From Candidatus Roizmanbacteria bacterium (GTDB lineage: Bacteria; Patescibacteriota; Microgenomatia; UBA1406), in the NCBI GenBank assembly GCA_024654535.1, contig JANLHL010000007.1:66395-130394 (forward strand): a DNA stretch of 64,000 nucleotides. The letters run 5' to 3'. Each line of letters starts with the position of its first letter. Position 1 is the stretch's first letter. Below the pieces are notes generated by a model. It did not search any database. It worked only from the letters and a program-made list of their open reading frames with translations, and was not told where the DNA came from. A program made the position numbers and the translations under genes. Below, in pieces: positions 49,092 to 58,560 of this stretch.

Positions 49092-49943
49092 ATGAACTGG
49101 TTAATCTTTGCGTGTATAAGCATTGTTACCGTTTCCATAGCGACCATATTAGAGCGGGTACTTATGAAAGATACTAAGAGCGACCCGGTGAGCTACGCGA
49201 TCACATTTCAATTCACCGTTGCACTCATCTCATTTTTATTTGCGATTTTGTTTGGTAAATTTGTATTACCTCCACTTGGCACATTGTGGCCTCGATTTGT
49301 GCTTTCTTCTTTTTTATGGGCTGGCGCTACCGTGTTTGGTTTTCAGGCAATTAAAAGGCTCAGTGCAGGAGAAGTAACTATTCTTACAACGACAAGTAGT
49401 GTCGTCTCTATAGCGCTCGGCATATTTTTTTTGAAAGAACTTTTTAATATACAGATGGCACTCGGGGCTTTGCTGATTTTTATAGCAATTTGGATAGTAA
49501 ACAGTGCCAAGGCTACGTTTCACTCTAGAGAAGGGATAATCTTTGCCCTTCTTTCGGCTGTTTGTGCAGGAGCAGCAGTGGTAAATGATGCCGTTATTTT
49601 AAAAGGCTACGAAGCTTTCTCATATACCGCTATTATGTCGCTACTTCCAGGGGTGATACTTGTACTCTTGTTTCCAAGAAGTATGAAAAAAGTTGCACCG
49701 CTTATGAATAAGAAAACTATTGGTTTATTTTTTGTTTTTTGTTTGTTTTATTCTCTACAGGCAATTACCTATTACCTAGCATTTGAAAACAATGCGCCCG
49801 TCTCACAACTCTCACCATTTATGAAATCGTCTATTGTATCAATAGTGATACTGGAGGCTATTTTCTTACGAGAGCGTAAAAACATGGGCAAAAAAATAGT
49901 AGCCGCTATTTTGGTAACCGCGGGTGTAATTTTGTTGGGGTAG
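49092..49943 (+). CDS. EamA/DMT-family transporter
   Basis: 10 TM helices in two EamA-like halves. TATACT 49080-49085 lies 6 nt before the ATG. Confidence 0.8.
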   Translation: MNWLIFACISIVTVSIATILERVLMKDTKSDPVSYAITFQFTVALISFLFAILFGKFVLPPLGTLWPRFVLSSFLWAGATVFGFQAIKRLSAGEVTILTTTSSVVSIALGIFFLKELFNIQMALGALLIFIAIWIVNSAKATFHSREGIIFALLSAVCAGAAVVNDAVILKGYEAFSYTAIMSLLPGVILVLLFPRSMKKVAPLMNKKTIGLFFVFCLFYSLQAITYYLAFENNAPVSQLSPFMKSSIVSIVILEAIFLRERKNMGKKIVAAILVTAGVILLG

Positions 49944-49961
49944 GAGCGACAGATCAGCTCG

Positions 49962-50372
49962 TTATGTTAGGTCGGTATATGGATTGTATGCTACCTCCCA
50001 CAAATAGCCATCAGGGTCAGCAAAATAACCAGAATAGCCACCCCACGAAACTTTTTGTGGTTTTTTAACAGCTGTTGCTCCTGCGCCAATAGCCTGATTA
50101 TAAACAGTGTCTACTTCTTCCAAAGTGCCCACGTTATGGGCAAGGGTAATACCACTGAATCCGGTGCCTTCAGGTGAAACGGTCGCGTCGACCGCCAATT
50201 CTTCTTTAGGAAATAAAGAAAGCCATGTGCCACTCATACGAAACAGTACGTGGTTATCTCCATCTGTAAAGTTGTGCGTTTCAAACCCTAGCCCCTGTGA
50301 ATAAAACAATAATGACTTCATAAAGTCAGATACACCCAAGGTAATTATGCTTATTTTTGGTTTCACACTCAC
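49962..50372 (-). CDS. VOC (glyoxalase/bleomycin-resistance) family protein
   Basis: ITLGVSD...FADPDGYLWEV is typical of the VOC fold. Confidence 0.75.
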   Translation of the reverse strand: MSVKPKISIITLGVSDFMKSLLFYSQGLGFETHNFTDGDNHVLFRMSGTWLSLFPKEELAVDATVSPEGTGFSGITLAHNVGTLEEVDTVYNQAIGAGATAVKKPQKVSWGGYSGYFADPDGYLWEVAYNPYTDLT

Positions 50373-50504
50373 AGTATATACCGTTTTGTATTACGTTTTC
50401 CAGTTCAATACTACATGCGAGGATGTGATATTCATTCTTTTTCCTTCTAGCATTCTCTTTGGCTCCCTGTGCTAGCTCCCAGGGAGCCGTATATTTTATA
50501 CATG

Positions 50505-50819
50505 TCACTCATCTACACCTGAGCTCTGTGCTCCAAATGTAGAGAGTGCTGGCGCATCATCGCTATTTTCTCGCGCTCTTTGCATATTTTGTTTTTTCTC
50601 TCTTATGGTACTATTTTCTTCGTCCCGACCAAGCTCATCGTCCGCCTTAACTGGATTATTCGCTTGAACAGCTGTTGCCTGAACCGTTTTCCCATTACCA
50701 CCTGTAGATAAACTATTCGCTGATGTTTTACCTGTCCCTTGGGCAAAAACGGTTGAAACAATCAAAGTTGTGCCAACAGCAATCGCTGATATTGTTGCAA
50801 GAATCTTTGTTCGTGTCAT
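50505..50819 (-). CDS. small secreted low-complexity protein
   Basis: Signal peptide ...STVFAQG. Start at ATG 50819, 9 nt after GGAG. Confidence 0.55.
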   Translation of the reverse strand: MTRTKILATISAIAVGTTLIVSTVFAQGTGKTSANSLSTGGNGKTVQATAVQANNPVKADDELGRDEENSTIREKKQNMQRARENSDDAPALSTFGAQSSGVDE

Positions 50820-50926
50820 GATATTCATCTCCTTTCTAATTGTAGTGTAAAAAATGAAACTGAATAAGAGCTGAAATGAGAAACAAATAAAACAAGAAAG
50901 GAGTATGATGTTTCAAGATATACAAA

Positions 50927-51241
50927 ATGATTTCAATTGAGTTTTTAAGACAGTTTCGGTTCGGGGGATATGCATTGTTCGATATGGGCGTTTCATTTAT
51001 TGGTATGTATGTGCTTTCCCCTTTATTGTCAGGAATGTTTCTCAGACTGAACGTTATCATTCCCAAAAAAAGTTGGCTACTGTTGACACTACCAATTGGT
51101 ATCTTAGTACACATGCTTGTTGGTCAAAATACACTTATGACCAAAAACTTTCTCGACACGCACGGACATTATGTATTGAAGCTTTGTATTATGGTTCTGT
51201 TGTTCCTTGGACTAAAGAACGTACAAACAGCAAAGAAATAA
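50927..51241 (+). CDS. small membrane protein, unknown function
   Basis: Three hydrophobic helices. Preferred over the overlapping minus-strand ORF 50836..51114. Confidence 0.45.
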   Translation: MISIEFLRQFRFGGYALFDMGVSFIGMYVLSPLLSGMFLRLNVIIPKKSWLLLTLPIGILVHMLVGQNTLMTKNFLDTHGHYVLKLCIMVLLFLGLKNVQTAKK

Positions 51242-51287
51242 CGCATTGAAAAATATACGACTCAGAATATAATAAATATTAATTCAT

Positions 51288-52376
51288 ATGACGACGTTTA
51301 TTAAACAAGCTGCTATTTTTTTGGGGGTATTTTTTTTATTTTGTTATACCTCTGTTCTCGCTACCACCAAGCCGCATATTTACTTCTTCTATGGAAAAGG
51401 GTGTCCTCATTGTGCCAACGTTGAACAGTATTTCCAGTCTGAAAATCTGTATAAAAAATATGCTATTGATGTTCGGGAAGTTTACTTCGATCACGATAAT
51501 GCTACGCTATTCACCAACCTCATGAATCAACTGGAAGTTCCACAAGATCAAAGAGGGGTACCAACTATTATTATGGGTAGCACACTGCTATCTGGCGATA
51601 AACCCATTATCGAACAATTTGTTGCTACTGCTGACAAATATTTACATCAAGACACTAGTATAGCAGTCGCCAAAAGTGTCGTTCCAAAAAGTCAACAAGG
51701 CCTCCAACTTACTCTTTTCGCAGTAATAGCAGGGTCAATTGTAGACGCTATAAACCCGTGTGCGTTTGCGGTACTCATCATCCTTATGTCAACCATTATT
51801 ACAACCGGAGCTAAAAAAAAGGCATTATATACCGGCTTATCTTTCACGCTTTCAATCTTTATTTCTTACTTTCTCATGGGACTTGGGTTATACCAAGCTT
51901 TTGGAACAGGTTCCTTCATTCATTACATATATCAATTCATCGGCTGGGTGGCTATACTACTGGGTTTGCTTAATCTGAAAGACTACTTATGGTATGGAAA
52001 AGGGGTGCTTATGGAAGTTCCTTTATCGTGGAGACCTCAATTAAAAAAACTCATTACATCAATAACCAGCCCTCTCGGTGCGTTCCTGATAGGTTTTCTC
52101 GTTAGTCTATTTTTGCTTCCTTGTACAAGTGGCCCCTACATAGTTATCTTGAGCATGCTCGCAAAACAAACACTGCAGTTAAAGGCTCTTGCATACCTAC
52201 TTTTATACAACCTCATATTCATAACTCCTATGATTGCCATAACGCTTGCCGTATATCTTGGCTATTCGCCCAAAAAAATAGAAGAAATACGCCAGAAACA
52301 TCTTCGTACAGTACATCTCATTGGGGGAATCATCTTGCTTCTCATTGGTGGTGTCATGATTATGAGATGGTTATAG
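51288..52376 (+). CDS. thioredoxin/glutaredoxin-like CPHC domain fused to a CcdA/DsbD-type thiol-disulfide transporter
   Basis: Signal/anchor, then YFFYGKGCPHCANVEQY, then a TM domain with DAINPCAF and LPCTSGPY (the two CcdA Cys). Confidence 0.8.
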   Translation: MTTFIKQAAIFLGVFFLFCYTSVLATTKPHIYFFYGKGCPHCANVEQYFQSENLYKKYAIDVREVYFDHDNATLFTNLMNQLEVPQDQRGVPTIIMGSTLLSGDKPIIEQFVATADKYLHQDTSIAVAKSVVPKSQQGLQLTLFAVIAGSIVDAINPCAFAVLIILMSTIITTGAKKKALYTGLSFTLSIFISYFLMGLGLYQAFGTGSFIHYIYQFIGWVAILLGLLNLKDYLWYGKGVLMEVPLSWRPQLKKLITSITSPLGAFLIGFLVSLFLLPCTSGPYIVILSMLAKQTLQLKALAYLLLYNLIFITPMIAITLAVYLGYSPKKIEEIRQKHLRTVHLIGGIILLLIGGVMIMRWL

Positions 52377-52415
52377 ATTTGTATTTCAACATAAAATAAT
52401 ATACACTGATTGCAT

Positions 52416-52799
52416 ATGATAGGTTATCTTGGAAATATTGAACAACTCACTCTAGCTAATAATTACTTCAGACAAGTCTTATACACGGGGCAACATTCAC
52501 AGCTCGTTGTTATGTGTATTCAACCAAATGGAGACATTGGCGAAGAAGTTCATGAGGTTGTCGATCAATTTTTGCGAGTTGAGCAAGGAGAAGGTAAGCT
52601 CATCATAAACGGGGAAGAACATATGGTCAAAGACGGTGACGCATTTATTGTTCCCGCACAGGCAAAACATAATGTCATAAATACTTCTTCTGAAAAACAA
52701 TTAAAGCTCTATACCATCTATTCACCACCACACCATAAAGACGGCACTATCCACAAAACAAAAGAAGAGGCAGAGAACGATACCGAAGACCATATTTAG
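52416..52799 (+). CDS. cupin domain protein
   Basis: GEEVHEVVDQFLRVEQGEG...GDAFIVPAQAKHNVIN (cupin_2 motifs). ORF-track start 52410 is TTG. Confidence 0.75.
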   Translation: MIGYLGNIEQLTLANNYFRQVLYTGQHSQLVVMCIQPNGDIGEEVHEVVDQFLRVEQGEGKLIINGEEHMVKDGDAFIVPAQAKHNVINTSSEKQLKLYTIYSPPHHKDGTIHKTKEEAENDTEDHI

Positions 52800-52802
52800 G
52801 CA

Positions 52803-53336
52803 TTATTTACTTGGTTCAATCATTCTATTTCCTTGTCCATTTTGCATACGTCCCTGTCCTCGTGTTGCAGGCACATTTTGATTTTCAATCCGTTGATAAA
52901 ATCGGCGCATCATACCCTGACGTGCCCACATTTCATTCAGTCCAATAGAATCAATGACAAATGCTGCCACTATAATAGACAGTACAAATCCAACGGTGAT
53001 AAGCAAAAAATTCTTTTTGTACGAAAAGTCATACTTCTTGAGTATCCATACCCCAAAAACAATACCAACCACCGCAAGCGTTGGTATCCACCACGAAAAA
53101 GTATCAAGTAAAAACTGTAGTCGCAGCTGTCCCATTGGGCCATGTTCGCGAAGTAAAAAGAGTGTTAGATTGGTCAAAAATACCGCACCGATACTCAATG
53201 CAATAAGACCTATCATCATAAACAATGAACCCACTATAAAATACCACCGCGGCTTCATAGTAACCTTATTAGATCGTACTTGGGCCATTACGGCTTTTTC
53301 GATATCTGCCTGTTTCACTACGTTTTTCTTTGACAT
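52803..53336 (-). CDS. four-TM membrane protein downstream of and overlapping the ECF sigma gene (possible anti-sigma partner)
   Basis: Genomic position only. No HxxxCxxC zinc anti-sigma motif is present. Confidence 0.45.
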   Translation of the reverse strand: MSKKNVVKQADIEKAVMAQVRSNKVTMKPRWYFIVGSLFMMIGLIALSIGAVFLTNLTLFLLREHGPMGQLRLQFLLDTFSWWIPTLAVVGIVFGVWILKKYDFSYKKNFLLITVGFVLSIIVAAFVIDSIGLNEMWARQGMMRRFYQRIENQNVPATRGQGRMQNGQGNRMIEPSK

Positions 53337-53887
53337 ATTTTTTTCATAATAACTTTTGCGCGGTTTATACGCGTTCCAACGGTACCCATTGGTAAACGCA
53401 ATATATCGCTTATCTCTTCATATGACTTTTCCTCTAAATAGAAAAGCGATAATGGTTCTTTATATATAATTTCCATCTGCTCCAAACAGTAGTGTGTATG
53501 ATTAACTAATTCTTGTTTAATGGCTGCATCCTCGATCTGTATCCCGCTATCCAATTCTTGCTGGTCATCTACAGACACTACTCTTTTTTGTTTATTGAGC
53601 ATATTCATTGCTTCGTTATGCACGATGCGGTATAACCAACTTGAAAACTTTCTTTTTACGTCGAACCCATTTAAGTTGATATATGCTTTAATAAAGCCTT
53701 GTTGTACCGCATCAGCCCCCTGGTGTTCGTCTCCAAGTAGGTATCCTGCATACCGCATAAGTTTGGCTTGATACCTTCTAATAATTTCACTATATACCTC
53801 TTTGTCCTTTGTGCGGACAATTTCAACTACTTTTTCATCTGATGCTGTTTTTATATCGTTCATAACTGTTGTATATTCGCTCTTCAT
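53318..53887 (-). CDS. ECF-type sigma-70 family RNA polymerase sigma factor
   Basis: Region 2 (YQAKLMRYAGYLLGDEHQGADAVQQGFIKAYINL...SWLYRIVHNEAMN) and region 4 (SYEEISDILRLPMGTVGTRINRAK). ORF-track start 53902 is GTG inside a hairpin. ATG 53887 has a GAGG 9 nt upstream. Confidence 0.85.
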   Translation of the reverse strand: MKSEYTTVMNDIKTASDEKVVEIVRTKDKEVYSEIIRRYQAKLMRYAGYLLGDEHQGADAVQQGFIKAYINLNGFDVKRKFSSWLYRIVHNEAMNMLNKQKRVVSVDDQQELDSGIQIEDAAIKQELVNHTHYCLEQMEIIYKEPLSLFYLEEKSYEEISDILRLPMGTVGTRINRAKVIMKKICQRKT

Positions 53888-53896
53888 ATCGCCGAG

Positions 53897-53921
53897 CCTC
53901 ACTCATTATACATGAGTGAGG
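53897..53921 (-). promoter_or_regulatory. perfect 10-bp hairpin whose 3' arm contains the SD (GAGG) of the ECF sigma gene
   Basis: mRNA sense: CCTCACTCAT-GTATA-ATGAGTGAGG, followed by a 9-nt spacer and ATG 53887. Confidence 0.5.
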
Positions 53922-53944
53922 CGTTAGCTTTTTTGTAGACCCGT

Positions 53945-54316
53945 TTATCGGTTTCTACCATATCCCATTCCCTTACCCATTCCAGTTCCATTTTGTAAAC
54001 CCAAACCAAGTTCTGTTCTTATTTTATTTGCTTCATCTGTTTTACCTTGCTCTGCTAATTCGTGCGCTTGCGCAAACTTAGGAAAGTTTTGTGCAGTTAC
54101 TACTTGTGTTACTCTGCCTTTTCCTGACATAAGTGCTTTCCAAGCGTTGTAATCTTTACTTTCAAACGCTTTTTCCATTGCATCATGGCGCTCTTGTGTA
54201 TAGTTTGGTCCCTTAACGTTCACGTCGCCTCGATAGGCAAGTGCTGCTTGAGGGGCAAATATCGCTCCTGCGATAACGAGTGCACTTAGTCCTAATAATA
54301 GTGTTGTCTTGTTCAT
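53945..54316 (-). CDS. small secreted protein, unknown function (first gene of the ECF sigma operon)
   Basis: Signal peptide ...PQAALA, Gly/Met-rich C-terminus, and a strong SD AAAGGAGGTGA upstream. Confidence 0.6.
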   Translation of the reverse strand: MNKTTLLLGLSALVIAGAIFAPQAALAYRGDVNVKGPNYTQERHDAMEKAFESKDYNAWKALMSGKGRVTQVVTAQNFPKFAQAHELAEQGKTDEANKIRTELGLGLQNGTGMGKGMGYGRNR

Positions 54317-54427
54317 ATTGTTTTCACCTCCTTTCTCATTTCGATAATTTGTATCTACTATTAGTACAAGGGTGGTGGGTATTTTATTTCAAGAGAGTGA
54401 ATATCTATATAGCAAGCAAAGTATTTA

Positions 54428-55306
54428 TTACTCTTTTGCAAATATATTGAGACTTGGAAGAATTGCCCCAAGTATAATGAGTGCGCCGCCGACAAAGGTA
54501 AATAGCGTTGGCACTTCACCAAATATGAGGTATGAAAAAATGGTAGCGAATACTATCTCTATGGGCAAAATGATACTCCCAATTTGAGCTTCTATATGTT
54601 TGAAGCCATACACAATGAGGCCCACATTAATGGTTTGAATAACGGCATATATACCTATCCATATCCAACTTATGCTCAGTATGGTGTGTGGTAGGTATTC
54701 ATGGAATAAAAGCGCACCTATATACGCTGCCAGAGTAGAGGTAAGAGCATCCATAAGTACCAGCTGATTATTTGGATAATTATCTGAAAACTTCTTTGAA
54801 ATGGTATTCCATACGCCGGTCATGGCCCCTGAAAGTAAACCTAGTAGCATATATACAATCTTGTTTTGATCGATGGTAAATCGATAAACAATATAAAGCC
54901 CAATGAGCGTACATATAAGCGACACCCATTTCCTCGTGTCTAGTCTCTCATCGAAAAAAATACGCCCTGATATAAACCCCGCCGCAATCATACCAGAATA
55001 AGCTATGAGATAAGTCGTACCTATGGCAAGGTTATTAAAAACTATAAAGGTGAGCACGGCTGGCAATGAGCCTGCCAGGAGCCATACAAGTAGCCAACGA
55101 ATATCTTTTCTTTTGATAGATACAAGCTTCACTCCTTTCATACCAATTATGAACGCGATTAAGATCGCGACCAATATATTGCGTATCCACGCCTGGTTAA
55201 AGTTGCCAAATGAATCGCTGATGAGCCGAGAAAGTATGCCATATAGACCATAAAAAATACTAGCAACAAAGAGTGAAGCTATACCACGTTTTGGGTTTCG
55301 GATCAT
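54428..55306 (-). CDS. EamA/DMT-family transporter
   Basis: 10 TM helices. Start at ATG 55306, 6 nt after TATAAT (55313-55318). Confidence 0.8.
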   Translation of the reverse strand: MIRNPKRGIASLFVASIFYGLYGILSRLISDSFGNFNQAWIRNILVAILIAFIIGMKGVKLVSIKRKDIRWLLVWLLAGSLPAVLTFIVFNNLAIGTTYLIAYSGMIAAGFISGRIFFDERLDTRKWVSLICTLIGLYIVYRFTIDQNKIVYMLLGLLSGAMTGVWNTISKKFSDNYPNNQLVLMDALTSTLAAYIGALLFHEYLPHTILSISWIWIGIYAVIQTINVGLIVYGFKHIEAQIGSIILPIEIVFATIFSYLIFGEVPTLFTFVGGALIILGAILPSLNIFAKE

Positions 55307-55336
55307 GAGGCAATTATACACGTATATGTTTAGGTT

Positions 55337-55723
55337 ATGAACAACGGCATAGATATGGTAATTGGGAAACAGTGTTCGTGTTTATATGATACTATAGAAA
55401 GTAGTATGAATACTCAGACCATATTTGTAATTTTAGTTTCTGCCTATACCTATTACTTCATGGATACGGTATTGAGGAGTAACCCAAAAGACGGTGCTTT
55501 AACGAAAAGCGAAAAAATTCAAGTTATTATACTACTTATACTAAACACTCTGATTTCGTGGGCAATTCTAAGTTTCGGATGGAAGAAAAAGCTACCCATA
55601 AAATCTAAGCACGTTAATAAATATTTAAAAATCATCCTTGTGTCATTGGTTGTTATTGCAATCATCGCAGTCTTTATAACAATAATCCTTTCTGCAACAA
55701 TACGAAAATCTCACGGTCAATAG
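55337..55723 (+). CDS. small membrane protein, unknown function
   Basis: Three TM helices. The start is uncertain (an internal Met at residue 24 is possible). Confidence 0.45.
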   Translation: MNNGIDMVIGKQCSCLYDTIESSMNTQTIFVILVSAYTYYFMDTVLRSNPKDGALTKSEKIQVIILLILNTLISWAILSFGWKKKLPIKSKHVNKYLKIILVSLVVIAIIAVFITIILSATIRKSHGQ

Positions 55724-55747
55724 TTTTATTAAACGTGCTGCCAATAA

Positions 55748-55972
55748 AATCAACCTACCCTGGGAGTTGGACCAACCTCTGCTCAAATTATTTTACCTCC
55801 TGATCTGAGGGAAAGAATAGAACCTAGTACACATTACAGAATAACTGAAGCAACTTATGTTGCTTTTGCTTCAGGTGCTCACGAAAAAATGAAACAAGAT
55901 GCTGATCCTAGACTCCCGAAAGCTTTTGTGGTGGCACATAGACTTGAAACAATTTGGCAAGATCAGCTCTAA
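55748..55972 (+). pseudogene. start-less 74-codon open frame, possible C-terminal gene remnant
   Basis: Open from TAA 55745-55747 to TAA 55970-55972 (...LGVGPTSAQIILPPDLRERIEPSTHYRITEATYVAFASGAHEKMKQDADPRLPKAFVVAHRLETIWQDQL*). The only in-frame ATG is 30 codons from the end. No promoter or SD was seen. Confidence 0.3.
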
Positions 55973-56622
55973 CTCTCATCCATAAATTCCCGTAGCTTTC
56001 TCTCTACAAGATTTGCAAGTGTTTTGTGTGAATCTCGGTCGAAATGGTATCCGTCTACTTTGCTTGGTTTTAAATGTTCTTGCAGATTTATATATAAGCA
56101 ATTATTTTTTTGAGCTAGTTCCTCATATAGTTTTGGTAACAATCTCGATTTTGCTTCGGCACCTTTGTATTTATCGATAACTCCTTCCACCGATTCGTCT
56201 ACTATTGGTGGGCATACAAGAATCACTTTTGGTAATGTTTGATTTTCTTCGTGAGACGTGTTCTTTGTCAGATCGAGTAGGTTTTGTATACCATCTGCTA
56301 TATCTTGAGGCGATCTATGGAACCGTTCTTTTAGATCGTTCGTGCCCAAAAACAATACGATGTAATCGATAGGGAAGTGTGTTTCTAAACAAGGTGCCAG
56401 ATAGCTCGCACCATTTTTACCGACATGCTTTTGATCGTCGATATTCGTTGTTCTACTATTTAAACCTTCCTCTACTATCTCGAAGCCGTCACCTAAGCTT
56501 TCTTGGAGTATCCCTGTCCACCTCACTTCTTTTGAATATCGCGTGCCTTTACCAGGGATAAATCCCCACGTATTCGAATCCCCAAAACAGAGGACTTTGC
56601 GGGCTTTCGTATTTATGTTCAT
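55969..56622 (-). CDS. SGNH/GDSL hydrolase (arylesterase/lipase-like)
   Basis: VLCFGDSNTWG block I, GTND block III, and a C-terminal DGYH. TATAGT (56630-56635) lies 7 nt upstream of the ATG. Confidence 0.8.
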   Translation of the reverse strand: MNINTKARKVLCFGDSNTWGFIPGKGTRYSKEVRWTGILQESLGDGFEIVEEGLNSRTTNIDDQKHVGKNGASYLAPCLETHFPIDYIVLFLGTNDLKERFHRSPQDIADGIQNLLDLTKNTSHEENQTLPKVILVCPPIVDESVEGVIDKYKGAEAKSRLLPKLYEELAQKNNCLYINLQEHLKPSKVDGYHFDRDSHKTLANLVERKLREFMDES

Positions 56623-56645
56623 TGTGGGAACTATACCGTAATAAT

Positions 56646-57629
56646 TTATTTTCTGTACTGAAGTATCGCTTCTCTCAATGCGTTCATTTGGTCTATCGTA
56701 CCAATAGCTATCCGTACAAATGACTTATCAAGACCTATGTTGCTGTTCCCATTGCCATGACTGACAACAAAATTATTCACAGCCAAAAAGTCAGCAAATC
56801 TTGTACCTTCACTCTCGGAAATAAACTTGAAAAGAATAGCGTTGATTTTTGAAGGAAAAATTGAATACTGCTCTTTTTGTAAAAACAGCATAAATTCATC
56901 TCTTCTTCTGTTTATATCATCTCTAATCTTTGCAAAATAGTCTTCATGATCTAGGGCAATTATGGCTGCTCCGATTGATAAATATGAAACGTTTGACCAT
57001 TGACTCTTACTTTTAATAGCTTGAATTACTTCGGGATGCGCTACTAAATATCCTATACGGTTTCCTGCCATGGAATACGCCTTGGAGAAACTACGCAAAA
57101 CAACCATATTGGAAAAGTTTTTAACTTGATCTATTACAGATAAATCAGCAAACTCACCGTAAGCTTCATCTATGACGACTATTGCTTGTGGGTTATTTTT
57201 CACCAGTTTCAAAACATTCTCCTTGCTTGTAATACCAGATGGATTATTTGGATTTGCCAGATAAATGAGGGACGCGCTCGGAATAGTTTCTGTTGAAACT
57301 GAATATTCAGATCCTTTTACTGATAAAATCCGTGTTAATGTACCACCAAATTCCTCAACATCTGAGTAAACAACATAGGTTGGCGTAAAAACATATGCAT
57401 TATTGCCATAAGCTTTGGCAAACATTTGAATAGCTTCATCAATTCCAGCAGTCAGATAGACCATTTCGTTTGGTACGTTGTGTTTTTTTGCCAATTTTTC
57501 TACCAGTTCTGTTGGCTGTGGCTTATAAGCATTTGCGTTCTTGGAATAGGGAGCAAGGCCTTCATAAATAAAATCGGGTAGAGGATCTTTAATCGTCGTA
57601 TATTGAAGATTTATCTGATCTTGTTTCAT
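56646..57629 (-). CDS. class I/II PLP aminotransferase (HisC-like)
   Basis: LANPNNPSG, IDEAY and RSFSKAYSMAGNRIGY (PLP-binding Lys). Confidence 0.8.
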   Translation of the reverse strand: MKQDQINLQYTTIKDPLPDFIYEGLAPYSKNANAYKPQPTELVEKLAKKHNVPNEMVYLTAGIDEAIQMFAKAYGNNAYVFTPTYVVYSDVEEFGGTLTRILSVKGSEYSVSTETIPSASLIYLANPNNPSGITSKENVLKLVKNNPQAIVVIDEAYGEFADLSVIDQVKNFSNMVVLRSFSKAYSMAGNRIGYLVAHPEVIQAIKSKSQWSNVSYLSIGAAIIALDHEDYFAKIRDDINRRRDEFMLFLQKEQYSIFPSKINAILFKFISESEGTRFADFLAVNNFVVSHGNGNSNIGLDKSFVRIAIGTIDQMNALREAILQYRK

Positions 57630-57630
57630 T

Positions 57631-58560
57631 TTATCTCCTTTGTTCTGGAACTATATAAACAGGCTTGCCACTCACAAATGCAGAGATTATCTCTACAACC
57701 TGAGCAGAAAGTCTATAATCAGCCTCTTCTGTATTCCACGCAATATGTGGAGTAATAACCACGTTTTGAAGCTTAAATAAGGGATTATCTTTTTTATAGG
57801 GCTCATCCGCCAGTAGATCCAATCCGGCGGCATATATTTTCCCCGATTTCAGGGAATTAAATAGCGCAGTTTCGTCTACAATCGCACCCCTACCCGTGTT
57901 TACAAAAATTACGCCTTCCTTCATTAAATCAAATTCATACTTACCAAGTAAGTTTTTTGTTTTATCGTTGAGTGGGGCATTAACCGAAATAATATCGCTC
58001 ACCTTTAGCAATTTTTTGAGATCCGCCGGGGTGCTTTTTGAATTAGTGAAAAGAACCTTCATCCCAAAACCTTTTTCAGCTATTTCCGCAACCCTTTTTC
58101 CAATCGTTCCATACCCAATAATTCCGAGCGTCTTATCCTTGAGTTCCTTACTCTTGTACCCAGCAGGCTTATATGATCCTCCGCGGGTTTCATTTACCGC
58201 CTTACATATATGCCTTAGAGCAGACAACATCAGACCAATCGTAAGCTCGGCGACTGCCTCGCAATTGTGGCCTGGACAATGGGTAATAGTAATTCCTTTC
58301 TTGCTTGCGGTTTCTATATCAATCCATTCATATCCTGCTGATGCGCTACAAATCATTTTTGTATTCTTCAAATTCTCCAAAACTTCCTTTGGTAGGGCAG
58401 TCCAATAGTCGATGACGATATCTGCGCCTTTAATTCGATTAAGTATTTCACTCGAGTTTTTTGGTACGGTATCAAATGTTACCAATTCCCCAAACTCTTT
58501 TAGTAACTTTGTGTGTTTTGGAAAAAGAAAGATCGGGTCGACCGCAACTATTTTTGTCAT
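57631..58560 (-). CDS. D-isomer-specific 2-hydroxyacid dehydrogenase
   Basis: NAD-binding motif GIIGYGTIGKRVA, plus NTGRG and TPHIAW catalytic region. Confidence 0.85.
   Translation of the reverse strand: MTKIVAVDPIFLFPKHTKLLKEFGELVTFDTVPKNSSEILNRIKGADIVIDYWTALPKEVLENLKNTKMICSASAGYEWIDIETASKKGITITHCPGHNCEAVAELTIGLMLSALRHICKAVNETRGGSYKPAGYKSKELKDKTLGIIGYGTIGKRVAEIAEKGFGMKVLFTNSKSTPADLKKLLKVSDIISVNAPLNDKTKNLLGKYEFDLMKEGVIFVNTGRGAIVDETALFNSLKSGKIYAAGLDLLADEPYKKDNPLFKLQNVVITPHIAWNTEEADYRLSAQVVEIISAFVSGKPVYIVPEQRR

Noticed and set aside
50836-51114. 92-aa minus-strand ORF overlapping the 50927..51241 plus-strand ORF.
   Set aside because: The plus-strand product has coherent TM helices. The minus-strand product is compositionally implausible and has no promoter or SD support.
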